Source of the DNA: Promethearchaeota archaeon
GTDB lineage: Archaea > Asgardarchaeota > Lokiarchaeia > Sigyniarchaeales > SOKP01
DNA length: 64,000 bases
Assembly (NCBI GenBank): GCA_029838195.1
Contig: JALGVJ010000014.1
Span: 1-64,000 of the forward strand
Direction: 5' to 3'
Position 1 is the stretch's first letter; each line of letters begins with the position of its first letter. Both the position numbers and the translations under genes were made by a program. The notes beneath the pieces are model-generated. The model was not told where the DNA came from. It worked only from the letters and a program-made list of their open reading frames with translations, and made no database searches. Below, in pieces: positions 10,847 through 21,172 of the stretch.

Positions 10847-11512
10847 ATGAACGAGTTCGATATTTATTTAAAACCTACTTATTTTTTTGACATCGAAAAT
10901 AAAAAGCTTAGAAATAAAGCACAAGAACTCACCGCAGATCTCAAATCTGAAAAAGAAAAAGCAATCAAGCTATTTTATTTCGTGCGCGATGAAATAAAAT
11001 ATAACATGAAACTATTCATACCCCAAGTAAAAAAAAATTTCGTTGCAAGTAAAGTTTTGAAAAAAGGGGAAGGTTTTTGCGTGTCTAAATCTATTCTATT
11101 ATCCTCTCTGGCAAGAATCGTGGGTATACCTGCACGAATCCATCTTGTGGACCTCATTAACCATAAAATTTCTCAAAAAGTCATAGATTTTATGGGAACT
11201 AACGTGATGTATTATCATGGATATTCGGAATTTTATTTAAATGGAAAATGGGTTAAACTAACCCCTTCTTTCGATAAAGAAACCGCAATTCGAGGAGGAT
11301 TCCTTCCCATGGTAGAATTCGATGGCGAACATGATGCTGTTTTTCCTCCGCATGATAATGAAGGAAATTTATTTGGAGAGTACATTTACGACCGGGGAGT
11401 TCATGCGGATTTGCCATTGGATGAAATTGACGAGATTTTTTCTGAGAAATACCCCATTTACCGGAAATATTTATCCGGTTTTAAGATTAAAACAGAAGAA
11501 AAAATAATTTGA
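10847..11512 (+). CDS. Transglutaminase-like protein (paralog of 9764-10387)
   Basis: GFCVSKS, IPARIH, HGYSEF; shares LFYFVRDEIKYNM and INHKISQKV with the upstream copy. Confidence 0.85.
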   Translation: MNEFDIYLKPTYFFDIENKKLRNKAQELTADLKSEKEKAIKLFYFVRDEIKYNMKLFIPQVKKNFVASKVLKKGEGFCVSKSILLSSLARIVGIPARIHLVDLINHKISQKVIDFMGTNVMYYHGYSEFYLNGKWVKLTPSFDKETAIRGGFLPMVEFDGEHDAVFPPHDNEGNLFGEYIYDRGVHADLPLDEIDEIFSEKYPIYRKYLSGFKIKTEEKII

Positions 11513-11542
11513 AATAAAAGCACGCTTTATTAATCTTAAATT

Positions 11543-12460
11543 TTACATGAAATATTTTGAATCAAGTCCTAACTCGTTTAAGTGAATTTGGTATTTCCCT
11601 AATTTCCCTCCATAATTTCCCGCAGAAACTTTTATTAACCCATCCATGTTGATGATGCCTTCTATAGTTTCTTTCATTGTTTTTTTCATGATGTCGAGAG
11701 TTAAGCCATTAAAAACGATTTCCGGTATGGAAAGAACACCATCAGGTACTTTATATTCTTCTGGCGGCAGTCTTTCTTTAAGCGTGGGACAAAAAGGATG
11801 ATTCGTGGTGGGGCCGATTTCGGGAAAGTTGGTTTCGGGTTTTGAGCCGGCAGAGCACACATCAAAAGTAGTACATACATCATCTAACTGTTCTATAATT
11901 TTGACCGCTTCCCTTCCCACTCTTATTCCAGAATCAACAGAATCACAAAAAAGCCACAAATTGCCACCCATTACGCCGGGGGCATAATTGATCTCTTCTT
12001 CAATAAGGAAATCATGACCCATCATGATGGGGATATTAATTAAGGATCTTCCGTGTTTCTTAACCACCCATTCATGACCATCCCCGCAATGCCCTACATT
12101 TTCCATCATGTTAAATTTTTCTGAAGTTTCAAACGGGTAAGCATCGAATACCGCAGTCGTGGGTACTACTAAAATTCCCTGTCGGATTCTACGTCCTAAT
12201 TGTTCATAGAATTTTGCTCTTGCCTTCTTACCAGTACCCGTTACCCATAACTGGACAATTGCACCTTCTCTTCCATCAATAGTCTCAGTGGGAGATAACC
12301 ATTTAACAATTCCACCTTCAGCATCTCCAAACACCGTGGAAGGGAGTGCTGTAAAAGATTTCACAGCCCTTTCTAAAAATATTTTATCTTGAGCAGTTAT
12401 CATGACTTGAATTGCCAATCCATTAAAAGCTTCGCAATACGTATTTTCGATTAACGCCAT
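11543..12460 (-). CDS. ftr: Formylmethanofuran:tetrahydromethanopterin formyltransferase
   Basis: IENTYCEAF, AEGGI, GGNL, AGSK, PTTNHPFCPTL, PEIV, SAGNYGGKLG. Confidence 0.92.
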   Translation of the reverse strand: MALIENTYCEAFNGLAIQVMITAQDKIFLERAVKSFTALPSTVFGDAEGGIVKWLSPTETIDGREGAIVQLWVTGTGKKARAKFYEQLGRRIRQGILVVPTTAVFDAYPFETSEKFNMMENVGHCGDGHEWVVKKHGRSLINIPIMMGHDFLIEEEINYAPGVMGGNLWLFCDSVDSGIRVGREAVKIIEQLDDVCTTFDVCSAGSKPETNFPEIGPTTNHPFCPTLKERLPPEEYKVPDGVLSIPEIVFNGLTLDIMKKTMKETIEGIINMDGLIKVSAGNYGGKLGKYQIHLNELGLDSKYFM

Positions 12461-12807
12461 TTTTAATTAACAATTATTTTTTTCATGTTATTTTATTCCA
12501 TTTAATTGAATCATAAATATTAATGAAGGTCTAAAAAAGGTTACCTATTAAATGGGTAATAATTTTATAGTACGGAAAAGTAAAAACAATTTAAATTTCA
12601 CGGGATGATAAGCATCTATTTTTTTTAACATTAAAAATAGCATCATTAGACTTTGAATTAATTACATGCAAAAATAGAAAACTTTTACCTAATTATTTGA
12701 AGATATAAATGGATTGAAGAGAGAAATTTATGATGATTTTCCTAAGATTTAAATAGCAACAAGTATGCTTATTCTTAATTCTTTACCATTAAGAGGATAG
12801 TATTACG

Positions 12808-13451
12808 ATGGTATTAACTGAAGGAATGTTTGAGTTTAATCTATTTTTTACTTTAACGGTCATTCTGTTAATTTATAAGGGGATACTCGCCGTCTATTTA
12901 TTTAGAAAAATAAATAAGACTATTATTTCTGTTCTATGATTTCTACATGACTAAAATTTGATCCTTCTACCTTTCACGTGGAACCAAACTTCGTTTTTTG
13001 GAGAATAGCAATGAATTGGAGCATGTTGGGATATTTTATCATTTTATTCACGGTGGATTGGAAGGTATTAAAATTTAAATTTAAAGGAATATTTACATAC
13101 GTTATCATCGTTGGAATGATTTTAATTTTCATTTATCCGGTTAGCGCGCCTGAAGATTTCATAATTCTTTCTACTATCGGGGGTTTGGGGAATCTTGCAG
13201 AGATAATTTTACCCATCATTTTCTTTTATATTGGGATAAAAACGCCAGGTATTCGGAAATTTGCATTGATGATCGCATTCGGGATAATTATCTATGCAAT
13301 TGGAAGTTCCTTAGTCATTCAATCCGTAATAGACCCTCTTAGAGACACTTATGGTGAGGACATTCAAGTTTTAATCTTTGGATTGTTTTTTGCTTTTAAG
13401 ATTACTGGTTTAACCTTGCTTTCCGTTGGAGTAGTAAATTTTATCATATGA
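12808..13451 (+). pseudogene. Disrupted multi-pass membrane protein
   Basis: ATG at 12808 gives a TM helix that stops early. An RLLFLFYDFYMTK segment follows in another frame, and one extra A shifts it from FDPSTFHVEPN, which continues into ORF 12978-13451. Confidence 0.55.
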
Positions 13452-13646
13452 TCAAGTAATATTAAACAATTTTACTTTTTTTTTCCACATTATTTATCCC
13501 TTGATAAAATATTGATTAAAGCATTCTCCAATCATTCTAAAGAATAAAAGAAAGGAAGGAAACCCTATTAGTTTTATAATGGATTAGTAATTAAGTATTT
13601 TAAAGAGAATATTAATATGTGAAAAAAATCAATTATTAAATATATC

Positions 13647-14570
13647 ATGCCAACGGGAATTTTTCTTTTTGAAGTAGATAAATCATTTGGACCGAACGTG
13701 CTTGCTGAATATTATTTAGGGAAGGAAAAAGTCACGAAGGAGATTTTAAAAACTTTTATAGAGAAATTTGTGAAAAAAAATTTTCAAGATGCGATCACTC
13801 AATCGGGCAACGTAAAATTTTATTCAAGTAAAATTAATGGAGATTCAATTGGTAAAGAGAATTTATTTTTAGGGTTTATTCTTAAAGAAGGGGAAGATGT
13901 AGTTTCTTTAAAAAGCGTGTTTGATAAAAGCGAGAAAAAAGTAATTGAAAAGTATACTAGCGATAAAATCCAGCTAAGAAATGTGTTAAAAGAGATTTTA
14001 ACCTCCATATTGACCTTAATGGACAAGTTAAAAGAACCAAAAATTATTATTGAAACCATCAATGAGAAAACTAAAAAAATGCTGGATGAAGGGAAATTAC
14101 AAAAAGCTCGAGAACTGATTGATTTAGGGGAGGAAATACCTGAAAAATTATCCAATGACATAAAACTTGCTGAAGAATATTATCACCAAGGATTATATAA
14201 AAAAGCTAAAAAAAGTTATTTAAAAGCCGCTAAACTGGCCCATTTAATCCAGGAAGAAGAGATCGTTTCATTTTTAGAAAATAAAGCTGAGCACGTGGGA
14301 AAGATTCCCGAATTAATTAGAGAACGAGAAAATTTAACTAAAGATATGTTTAAAATTTTAAATAGCATTGATCTGAAAGCGTTAGGACTCTACGACTCGC
14401 TAATAGAATTCCTTGATTCCATTATTACTATCTCGCATGCGTTAGAGGATGAAAATTTAGTCGAAATTTTAGCCGAAATGAAACGAATTTCATCGAGAAT
14501 CTCCAGAAGTGCCAAGGATTTAATTTATTTAAACGAAAAATTAAAAGAAATTACTAATAAAATAAGGTAA
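13647..14570 (+). CDS. Hypothetical protein with N-terminal longin/uDENN-like domain and helical C-terminus
   Basis: N-terminal GIFLFEVDKSFGPNVL resembles the uDENN (F/W)D...GP strand-turn; the rest is helical/coiled-coil. Confidence 0.55.
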   Translation: MPTGIFLFEVDKSFGPNVLAEYYLGKEKVTKEILKTFIEKFVKKNFQDAITQSGNVKFYSSKINGDSIGKENLFLGFILKEGEDVVSLKSVFDKSEKKVIEKYTSDKIQLRNVLKEILTSILTLMDKLKEPKIIIETINEKTKKMLDEGKLQKARELIDLGEEIPEKLSNDIKLAEEYYHQGLYKKAKKSYLKAAKLAHLIQEEEIVSFLENKAEHVGKIPELIRERENLTKDMFKILNSIDLKALGLYDSLIEFLDSIITISHALEDENLVEILAEMKRISSRISRSAKDLIYLNEKLKEITNKIR

Positions 14571-14655
14571 TTTCCCTTTAACACCGTGAAAAATTAAAGA
14601 CGTGAAATGATTTTAAAAAAATCTAAAAATCGTAATGAAAAAGGAGAAGAAAATC

Positions 14656-16476
14656 TCATTCCTTATTATTAGACTCATTAGGCGATTCTTCTGGAGGTGG
14701 AGAGACATATTCACCAATATCCGGAAAGATTATTCGAGCCAGTTCCCATCCTTCTTTAGTGGGGTATTTTAATGCATTCGCAATTAATTCTTCTCCAATC
14801 TTGTTATCAATTTCGATCCTATGAATGTTCGGATTATTTTGAAGGAGCATTTCATATTTTGCCCCCCCCGTTCCTCGCGGGACTATCAAGATTGCAGCAT
14901 CAATTGCGCCCTGTGTAATGGCATCCTTTAATCTCTTCGCAGCATAATAGCCTGCCACGCCTGCGCTCCTATCAAAAGTCTTTATGGATGGAATCTCCAA
15001 GCCCCATTTTTTTCCTCCCGTTTCAATCATTGCTGCTAATGTTTGAGGGCGTTTTCCTAAAAGAAACTTGAATTCCATTTGAGTTTTGAAATCTTTTTGC
15101 TTCTCTTCTCCAATCTTTATGATAGTTTTCAAGGCAGCACCTGCGACAGATTGGGGATTCACGTCTATATAATATTCTTCTTCTGCCAAAATGTCTTCAA
15201 TTTTTTTTCGAATTACTTGTCGTGGCTTGGAAAAGTCAATCTCCTCTTCTTCCATGGGAGGAGGAGAGGGCGTTGCAACCATTTCTGCTCCTGCTTCTAA
15301 TAGCTCATCGACGGTCATTTCATCCATGACAATTTTTTCTATGAATCTTCGACATAATTTTATCGAATTTCTCGGATTTCCCTTCGTTTTTTCGTAGATC
15401 ACTTCTATCAATTTTTCGTTCAATGGAAATAAAGGATATAAAGGAGGATTCAAGTTATTCTCCTCCCAAAATACTTCCATTGTCTTAGAAAAGAATATTT
15501 TCAAATCATTTAAGGAGAACGGTTTCAATTCTTGTTCGGGTTCCATTCGAGAGCGTAAAGGCGGATCTGCTATCTCTAGTATTCGTGGCCAAATCTCCTT
15601 TAGCACGGCAATAACAATGACCAATCCTTTTACTTCATTATACAAACGTTTCAGAATTTCAAGAAACTTGCGTTCAGCCGCTTCTCCTAACATTCGATAA
15701 GGAGATTCCAATTCATCAAAATAAAGAATCAAGACGCGGTCTAAATTATCGGTGATGATTTTTATCATGGCTAAGCAAATATCATCGTCCTCAATTACAG
15801 AACTAATACCTAATTCTGCTAGTTCTTCTGCTTCGAGGTCTTCTCCCAATAACCAGCGTTCGGCTAGAGCCTTTTTGTTTTTATCCAATTGATACGTCAC
15901 TAAAGCCTTAACGCAATCAGCGAAAACACCCGGAAATTCTCTAATTCCTTTTTGAATTACTTCATCAATATTAGGTTTTTGAAAAATGCCGCTCTTTTTT
16001 CCGCCCCACTTCTCCTTAACTAATTTTTCTGACACGATATCAAGGATTTCGGGGCCTACTTCTTCAATAATGCATGTATACACGTGTAAAAGCACTCTTA
16101 TACTTGCCGGAGGGCTTGGAACATACACAATGGTCCAATCCACGGGTTCTAACTCACTTACTTCAACTTCTTCATTGTTTTCCATTTCTTGCATTCTTCT
16201 TCGATTTTCTCGCTCTTTATCTTTAAAAGAATGATATGCGTGTGTCTTTCCGGAACCCGCAGTTCCCAGAATGGGAATTAATCGAGAAGATCTATCCCGA
16301 TATGTCTGACGGACTAAACGATATACCTCCCTATCGATATAACTTCTGGGTCGTTGGATATCCACCTTATCCGGTATGTCTCCCCGGCTAACGAAATTTG
16401 AAAAAGGCATTAAAGGCGCTTCTCTTAATACCTCGAGGTACATCTGTTTATCATCATCAGATAATTCTGAATACAT
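14656..16476 (-). CDS. AAA+ P-loop ATPase with C-terminal accessory domain
   Basis: Walker A GTAGSGKT, Walker B ILYFDE, Arg finger LRSR, sensor-2 GNPR, Pro/Glu-rich linker. Confidence 0.8.
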   Translation of the reverse strand: MYSELSDDDKQMYLEVLREAPLMPFSNFVSRGDIPDKVDIQRPRSYIDREVYRLVRQTYRDRSSRLIPILGTAGSGKTHAYHSFKDKERENRRRMQEMENNEEVEVSELEPVDWTIVYVPSPPASIRVLLHVYTCIIEEVGPEILDIVSEKLVKEKWGGKKSGIFQKPNIDEVIQKGIREFPGVFADCVKALVTYQLDKNKKALAERWLLGEDLEAEELAELGISSVIEDDDICLAMIKIITDNLDRVLILYFDELESPYRMLGEAAERKFLEILKRLYNEVKGLVIVIAVLKEIWPRILEIADPPLRSRMEPEQELKPFSLNDLKIFFSKTMEVFWEENNLNPPLYPLFPLNEKLIEVIYEKTKGNPRNSIKLCRRFIEKIVMDEMTVDELLEAGAEMVATPSPPPMEEEEIDFSKPRQVIRKKIEDILAEEEYYIDVNPQSVAGAALKTIIKIGEEKQKDFKTQMEFKFLLGKRPQTLAAMIETGGKKWGLEIPSIKTFDRSAGVAGYYAAKRLKDAITQGAIDAAILIVPRGTGGAKYEMLLQNNPNIHRIEIDNKIGEELIANALKYPTKEGWELARIIFPDIGEYVSPPPEESPNESNNKE

Positions 16477-16856
16477 TTTAATGTCCTCCTCCGTAAACTT
16501 TCATAGTAAAATTTATTATATAAATTCAAGCACGCCTATTCAAATGATAGGAAGATGAGTTGAATTCTAATTTTATGAACTATACATTTAAATATAATTA
16601 TATAAATGTAATTAAATTTGAGATTCTTGTATTAATTTTTTATACACCATTATTTACCCGATTTAATAGAAGTTCACGCAATAAATTAATTATTTTCTTT
16701 TAAAAGTTTTTTCGAAAAATGACAATTAAAATAAATGGGGTATGGTTTTTTTAAATTATTTTACTTTATAATAAATGAATGAGATCGATTTTTTAATGAG
16801 ACATATGAAAATAGCATTATAATTTACCTTTATTAAAAAGAAAAAAGAGGCGTTTC

Positions 16857-17876
16857 ATGAGGTTAGAAAAGGGAGATTTAATTTACTTGATTTCCGTAAT
16901 AATTTTCACCATGTTCATGATTTGGAATATTTTTTTTAGAATGATTGCCTTTAACATTACTTTTTTACTATTTTATATTATCATGCGTTTTTTATCGGGG
17001 TTTGGGCTCATTTTGAGTTTTTCTGCAGGTTTTTTAATATTATTTGATAAAATAGGCGAGAAAATTAAAAAACGGGGAGTGATAATTCTTATTATTATTC
17101 AAATCATCATTCCGATCCTCGTCATTGTCCAAGCAGTATGGGTCATTATAACGAGTTATCAACAAGGAGGGTTCATTTTGCGCACCGGATTTCTATTTTG
17201 GGTCGATACGATATTATTTATTTATGGAATTGGTTCTCTTCTATTGAACTTGTATATTCGGCCGCTTATTAATGAACAATTCCATGAGGCGATCGAGTTA
17301 AGCAGGTTTAAGTGGTGGAAAAAAAATGCTATAAAATTAGCAAGAAGATTTAAGAGAAGATATTTTAATCTCAAAAAGGAACATGTTAAAGCTCAAATTC
17401 AAGACCAAATGACCGTGCAGGAAATATTGGAGTTATGGCAACATAAATTTGCCATCCATTTTCTTTTAATAATTTCCATTGGAACTTTATTTTTTACACC
17501 TTTGGCTTTTATAATTGCAGCGTATTGGGTTAAAATCTACTTGTTATATCGAAAACCGATTAAAAGGTATGAAAAAATTGCCCTGGTAATTGCCATGATC
17601 TGGATTGGATTAGTCGCAATTTTATCTCCATTTTATATTCAAGAATTCTTTTTAACTATCTCCTCTCATTATTGGATTGTCAATATCTTTTATCTCATTG
17701 GCCTCATTTTAGCCACCTTTCTTTTCTTGACAAAAATTCTGAAATTACAGGGCGTAACATTCCATGCCATGAAAATTAAAATTAAGGATCGAAAAATTCG
17801 GAAATTAACTGAACAAAAAATAGAATTGGAAAAAAAATTAAAAAAGAGAAACGAAAAAGAAGATTATTCAATATAA
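16857..17876 (+). CDS. Multi-pass membrane protein, unknown function
   Basis: 339-aa ORF with about 8 hydrophobic segments and a basic coiled tail. Confidence 0.75.
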   Translation: MRLEKGDLIYLISVIIFTMFMIWNIFFRMIAFNITFLLFYIIMRFLSGFGLILSFSAGFLILFDKIGEKIKKRGVIILIIIQIIIPILVIVQAVWVIITSYQQGGFILRTGFLFWVDTILFIYGIGSLLLNLYIRPLINEQFHEAIELSRFKWWKKNAIKLARRFKRRYFNLKKEHVKAQIQDQMTVQEILELWQHKFAIHFLLIISIGTLFFTPLAFIIAAYWVKIYLLYRKPIKRYEKIALVIAMIWIGLVAILSPFYIQEFFLTISSHYWIVNIFYLIGLILATFLFLTKILKLQGVTFHAMKIKIKDRKIRKLTEQKIELEKKLKKRNEKEDYSI

Positions 17877-18015
17877 TGGAAAAGAACATGAGTTTTTATC
17901 AAGATATTGAACTTAAAAAGTATTGATTTTAATAGAGAGAGGTTTGTGGGAATCGAAAAAATTTTTAATATATTGATTAATCTCCTTTTCCACGGTTATT
18001 ATGAGATGATTTGAT

Positions 18016-19185
18016 TTATTCGATGATGATAGTTTCATCCGTCGCATATTTTTGAAGGGCTTTTTCATCCAATTCTACGCCATACCCCGGTTTTTCCGGC
18101 ACCTTAGCCATTCCGCCGCTATAATCTAAGGATTCAATGATGAGATCTTCTTCCATCATTTCCATTCCAAAAAGTTCGGTAGCATGGTCTATTGAGAAAA
18201 ATTGTCCCGCATGTAAATGAATGAGCATGGCAGAGCTTATTCCCAATGGTTCTTTATGAATGACAACTTCCAGTCCTTTACATCTTGCATAATGTATTAG
18301 TTTAAGAGCTTTTGTCACACCTCCGGGACGATCCGATTGAATACCCAGAATACGGGCACCTCCTAATTCTACTAAGCTAATAAAATCTCGCATAGAAAAG
18401 AAATCCTCATGGTTCATTAAGGGTGTATTCACTTTTTTTTGGACGTGAACCATTCCGAGGAAATCTCCCGTGCGAACGGGTTGTTCCACGAAATCAATAT
18501 TATAAGGCTCAATCGCTTTAATTGCTTTAATCGCTTCGGAGGGCGTATAGGCTTGGTTATAATCTACTCGAATTCGGATGGCATCACCGAACGCCTTTCT
18601 TATAGTTTTTACAATTTCAAGATCTTCTTGAATGCCTTTTCCCAATTTCAATCTGAAAGTTCTATAACCTTTTTTATAATAGCTTCTGACTAATCCTTTC
18701 ATCAACATGGGGGAGCCTAAAGGAATGAGGGCGGCAAGGGGAATTTCCGTTGCATTTTTACCTCCCATAAAACAGCAAGCCGGTAAATTGGTTATCTTTC
18801 CCATGAGATCGTAAAGAGCCATATCTAAAGCACCTTTTGCTTGTTCATTGCGCGCCACATTTATATCCATTTTTTTATTAATTTTTTCCACGTTAAAAGG
18901 ATTTTCTCCAATTAAATATTTTGCTAATTTTCCCTTTTTAATAACATCGATGACTTGTTTTGGGGTGATTCCACTTTCGGGCAACCAAATACTGGATTCT
19001 CCTAACCCGTGATTTCCATCATTACAATTTACTTTTATAATTACAAATTCTGCGCCCAACCATTCTTCCTCAGAAGGATGAGCCATTCCAATACCCCCTT
19101 CACTTTCTCCTAAAGCTTTTCTTACGGCGGGTTTAAATGGCACAAACAACGGTGTTAATTCGACACTACTGATTTTTTCTTTCAT
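18016..19185 (-). CDS. Enolase superfamily (mandelate racemase/muconate lactonizing-like) protein
   Basis: GLGE, ALDMALYDLMGK, RVDYN, FVEQP, HED, PGYGVELD. Confidence 0.88.
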   Translation of the reverse strand: MKEKISSVELTPLFVPFKPAVRKALGESEGGIGMAHPSEEEWLGAEFVIIKVNCNDGNHGLGESSIWLPESGITPKQVIDVIKKGKLAKYLIGENPFNVEKINKKMDINVARNEQAKGALDMALYDLMGKITNLPACCFMGGKNATEIPLAALIPLGSPMLMKGLVRSYYKKGYRTFRLKLGKGIQEDLEIVKTIRKAFGDAIRIRVDYNQAYTPSEAIKAIKAIEPYNIDFVEQPVRTGDFLGMVHVQKKVNTPLMNHEDFFSMRDFISLVELGGARILGIQSDRPGGVTKALKLIHYARCKGLEVVIHKEPLGISSAMLIHLHAGQFFSIDHATELFGMEMMEEDLIIESLDYSGGMAKVPEKPGYGVELDEKALQKYATDETIIIE

Positions 19186-19497
19186 TAAGCACCTCTTATT
19201 GAATTCATAATTTAAAATATTATTGGGAAACTATAAATTTTTCATACAAGCATGAAATCTTTAATGGTAAAAATTTTAAGAAGCTCTCCTTATATCCATA
19301 AAGATTTAATGAATAGTTATATTTTTAAATACTTTATTTACGAACACTAGCTCCTTTTTATGAATATATTACACATTACCCTTGTATTAAGAACCTAAAG
19401 GTCTATATTAAATCCATTAAAATTTCAGAAGTTTTTTAACGAATGAAATGTTATTTTAAGCAAGGAATAGTTATATTAGAGGTATAAGAATATACTC

Positions 19498-19791
19498 ATG
19501 CCAGATCATTCTATAGAAATTACAGATGAAGAAAGAGCAAAAATATTTAGCGAGATTTTTGGGACTACGACGGTAAAAGTCACGAGTCCAACCCCCCAAG
19601 AAATAACCCTTCCAGAGGGTAAGACTGTAAAAGCATTTTATTTAGATCTTTCTCAAATTACTCCCGAGCAAAGAAAAAAGTTGGTTTCTTATTTAGCCAA
19701 TACCTTTAATTTTTCGGAGAAAGATGTGGATGAGAAATTAGAAGAGATTGGAGTGCCCATTCTTGATGAAAATTGTGTTTTAAAAGAATAA
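19498..19791 (+). CDS. Hypothetical protein
   Basis: 97-aa ORF with host-like codon usage and an upstream GAGGT. Confidence 0.65.
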   Translation: MPDHSIEITDEERAKIFSEIFGTTTVKVTSPTPQEITLPEGKTVKAFYLDLSQITPEQRKKLVSYLANTFNFSEKDVDEKLEEIGVPILDENCVLKE

Positions 19792-19935
19792 ATTCCAATT
19801 TTTTATTTCTAATTTGACATCTTGTATGTAATAAGGAACACTCCTTCCTTTTACTTGAATTATAAAAATAAAATTTAAATTCTTAACATCAGATACTTTA
19901 TTAGGAGGAACTAAACAAGGAAGGAGAGAGCTTGT

Positions 19936-21081
19936 TTGACGGTTATATGGGATCAAAAAACGGATGCTGTTAAAAAAGGAGACTCGCTGCGTAAAGTAAT
20001 CCCTATCAAGGTCATAGACGATGCGGAGGGGTCTACAATTTATGTATTTAAAAGTAAAATGTTCAAGAATCCTTGGTATACAATTCCCGATGACGAGCTT
20101 GAATTATTTAATAAATTTGTCATGGGAGGATCCCGGGAATATCCCTCCGATGGAAATATACCTTGTGATGTAGTAGCAGGGGAAGTTCGCAAGGTTCTAA
20201 ATTTAATAATGGAGTGTTCCGCTGATCCAAATCACGTCTATTGTAATGAAGCACGAGAAGCATTAAGGCATGGAAAGAAAGCATTAGTTAGGGGCACCTT
20301 AAAACTTTATTTAGGAAAATATACCACTCGAGATTGGAGAAGAAAGCGTTTCACGGATGATATTGATTTTTGGACACGAAATATTAATTTATTGGAATAT
20401 TCTTTAAAAAATTGCAGGTTTATTAAAAACAAAGAAACGGGAGAATGGGAAAAGCTCGTTAAGTGGTTTAATCCTTTCACGAAAGAGGAAAGAACGCAAA
20501 AACTATTCGCTGCAAACAATCTAAACCAAGTTTTAGATTTTGGGGGCGGGAGTTATTTAGAAGGATCTGAATTAAAGGATATTTTTTCTAAAAAAATCAA
20601 AAGAGGGCATGATGTGGATATTAGCGACATGATCAATGTCGCGTTGGTACATCACGGTGTAAAAACGGAACATGAAAAAGAATGGGGAGGAGCTTTGAAA
20701 GCCCTGGAAGAAGCAGCGAATACCAGAAACTCTAGAACTACGGCAAATTTAATAAGTTTATCACAATATTCTTCTGGCATTGCTAATCATTTGCAAAGAA
20801 TTGCCCGAGCTTTAATAAAATATAATGATTTAATATTAGATGAGAAAAGATTTGATGAGGATAAGATAAAAGATATTTGTCGAATCTCCATTCATTGGGA
20901 AAGATTTCATGAAGAACATGGTCTTAAGGAAACGAGAAGCATGCTTCATGAATTTTATCATGAACAAGCAGTCGAAAAAGAACAACATGCTAAAAATTTA
21001 AGAAATTTTTCTAAGTGGGTTCTTGATTTGCTAAATTCCAAATACAAGCACTTGAAAATAAAATTTAGAGTTATTGATTAA
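19936..21081 (+). CDS. Hypothetical protein with nucleotidyltransferase-like motif
   Basis: RGTL...RFTDDIDFW (DxD) and KIKRGHDVD. Confidence 0.55.
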   Translation: MTVIWDQKTDAVKKGDSLRKVIPIKVIDDAEGSTIYVFKSKMFKNPWYTIPDDELELFNKFVMGGSREYPSDGNIPCDVVAGEVRKVLNLIMECSADPNHVYCNEAREALRHGKKALVRGTLKLYLGKYTTRDWRRKRFTDDIDFWTRNINLLEYSLKNCRFIKNKETGEWEKLVKWFNPFTKEERTQKLFAANNLNQVLDFGGGSYLEGSELKDIFSKKIKRGHDVDISDMINVALVHHGVKTEHEKEWGGALKALEEAANTRNSRTTANLISLSQYSSGIANHLQRIARALIKYNDLILDEKRFDEDKIKDICRISIHWERFHEEHGLKETRSMLHEFYHEQAVEKEQHAKNLRNFSKWVLDLLNSKYKHLKIKFRVID

Positions 21082-21172
21082 ATTGAGAAAATCATATCTC
21101 ATGCGCTTAATAATTGATAGGACATAATTTAATAAGACCCGAACCATATTATATAATTAAAAGAATATATAT

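Noticed and set aside
12808-12980. A second BHB mRNA intron explaining the broken membrane gene
   Set aside because: The lesions look like a deletion plus a single extra A, and I found no BHB fold.
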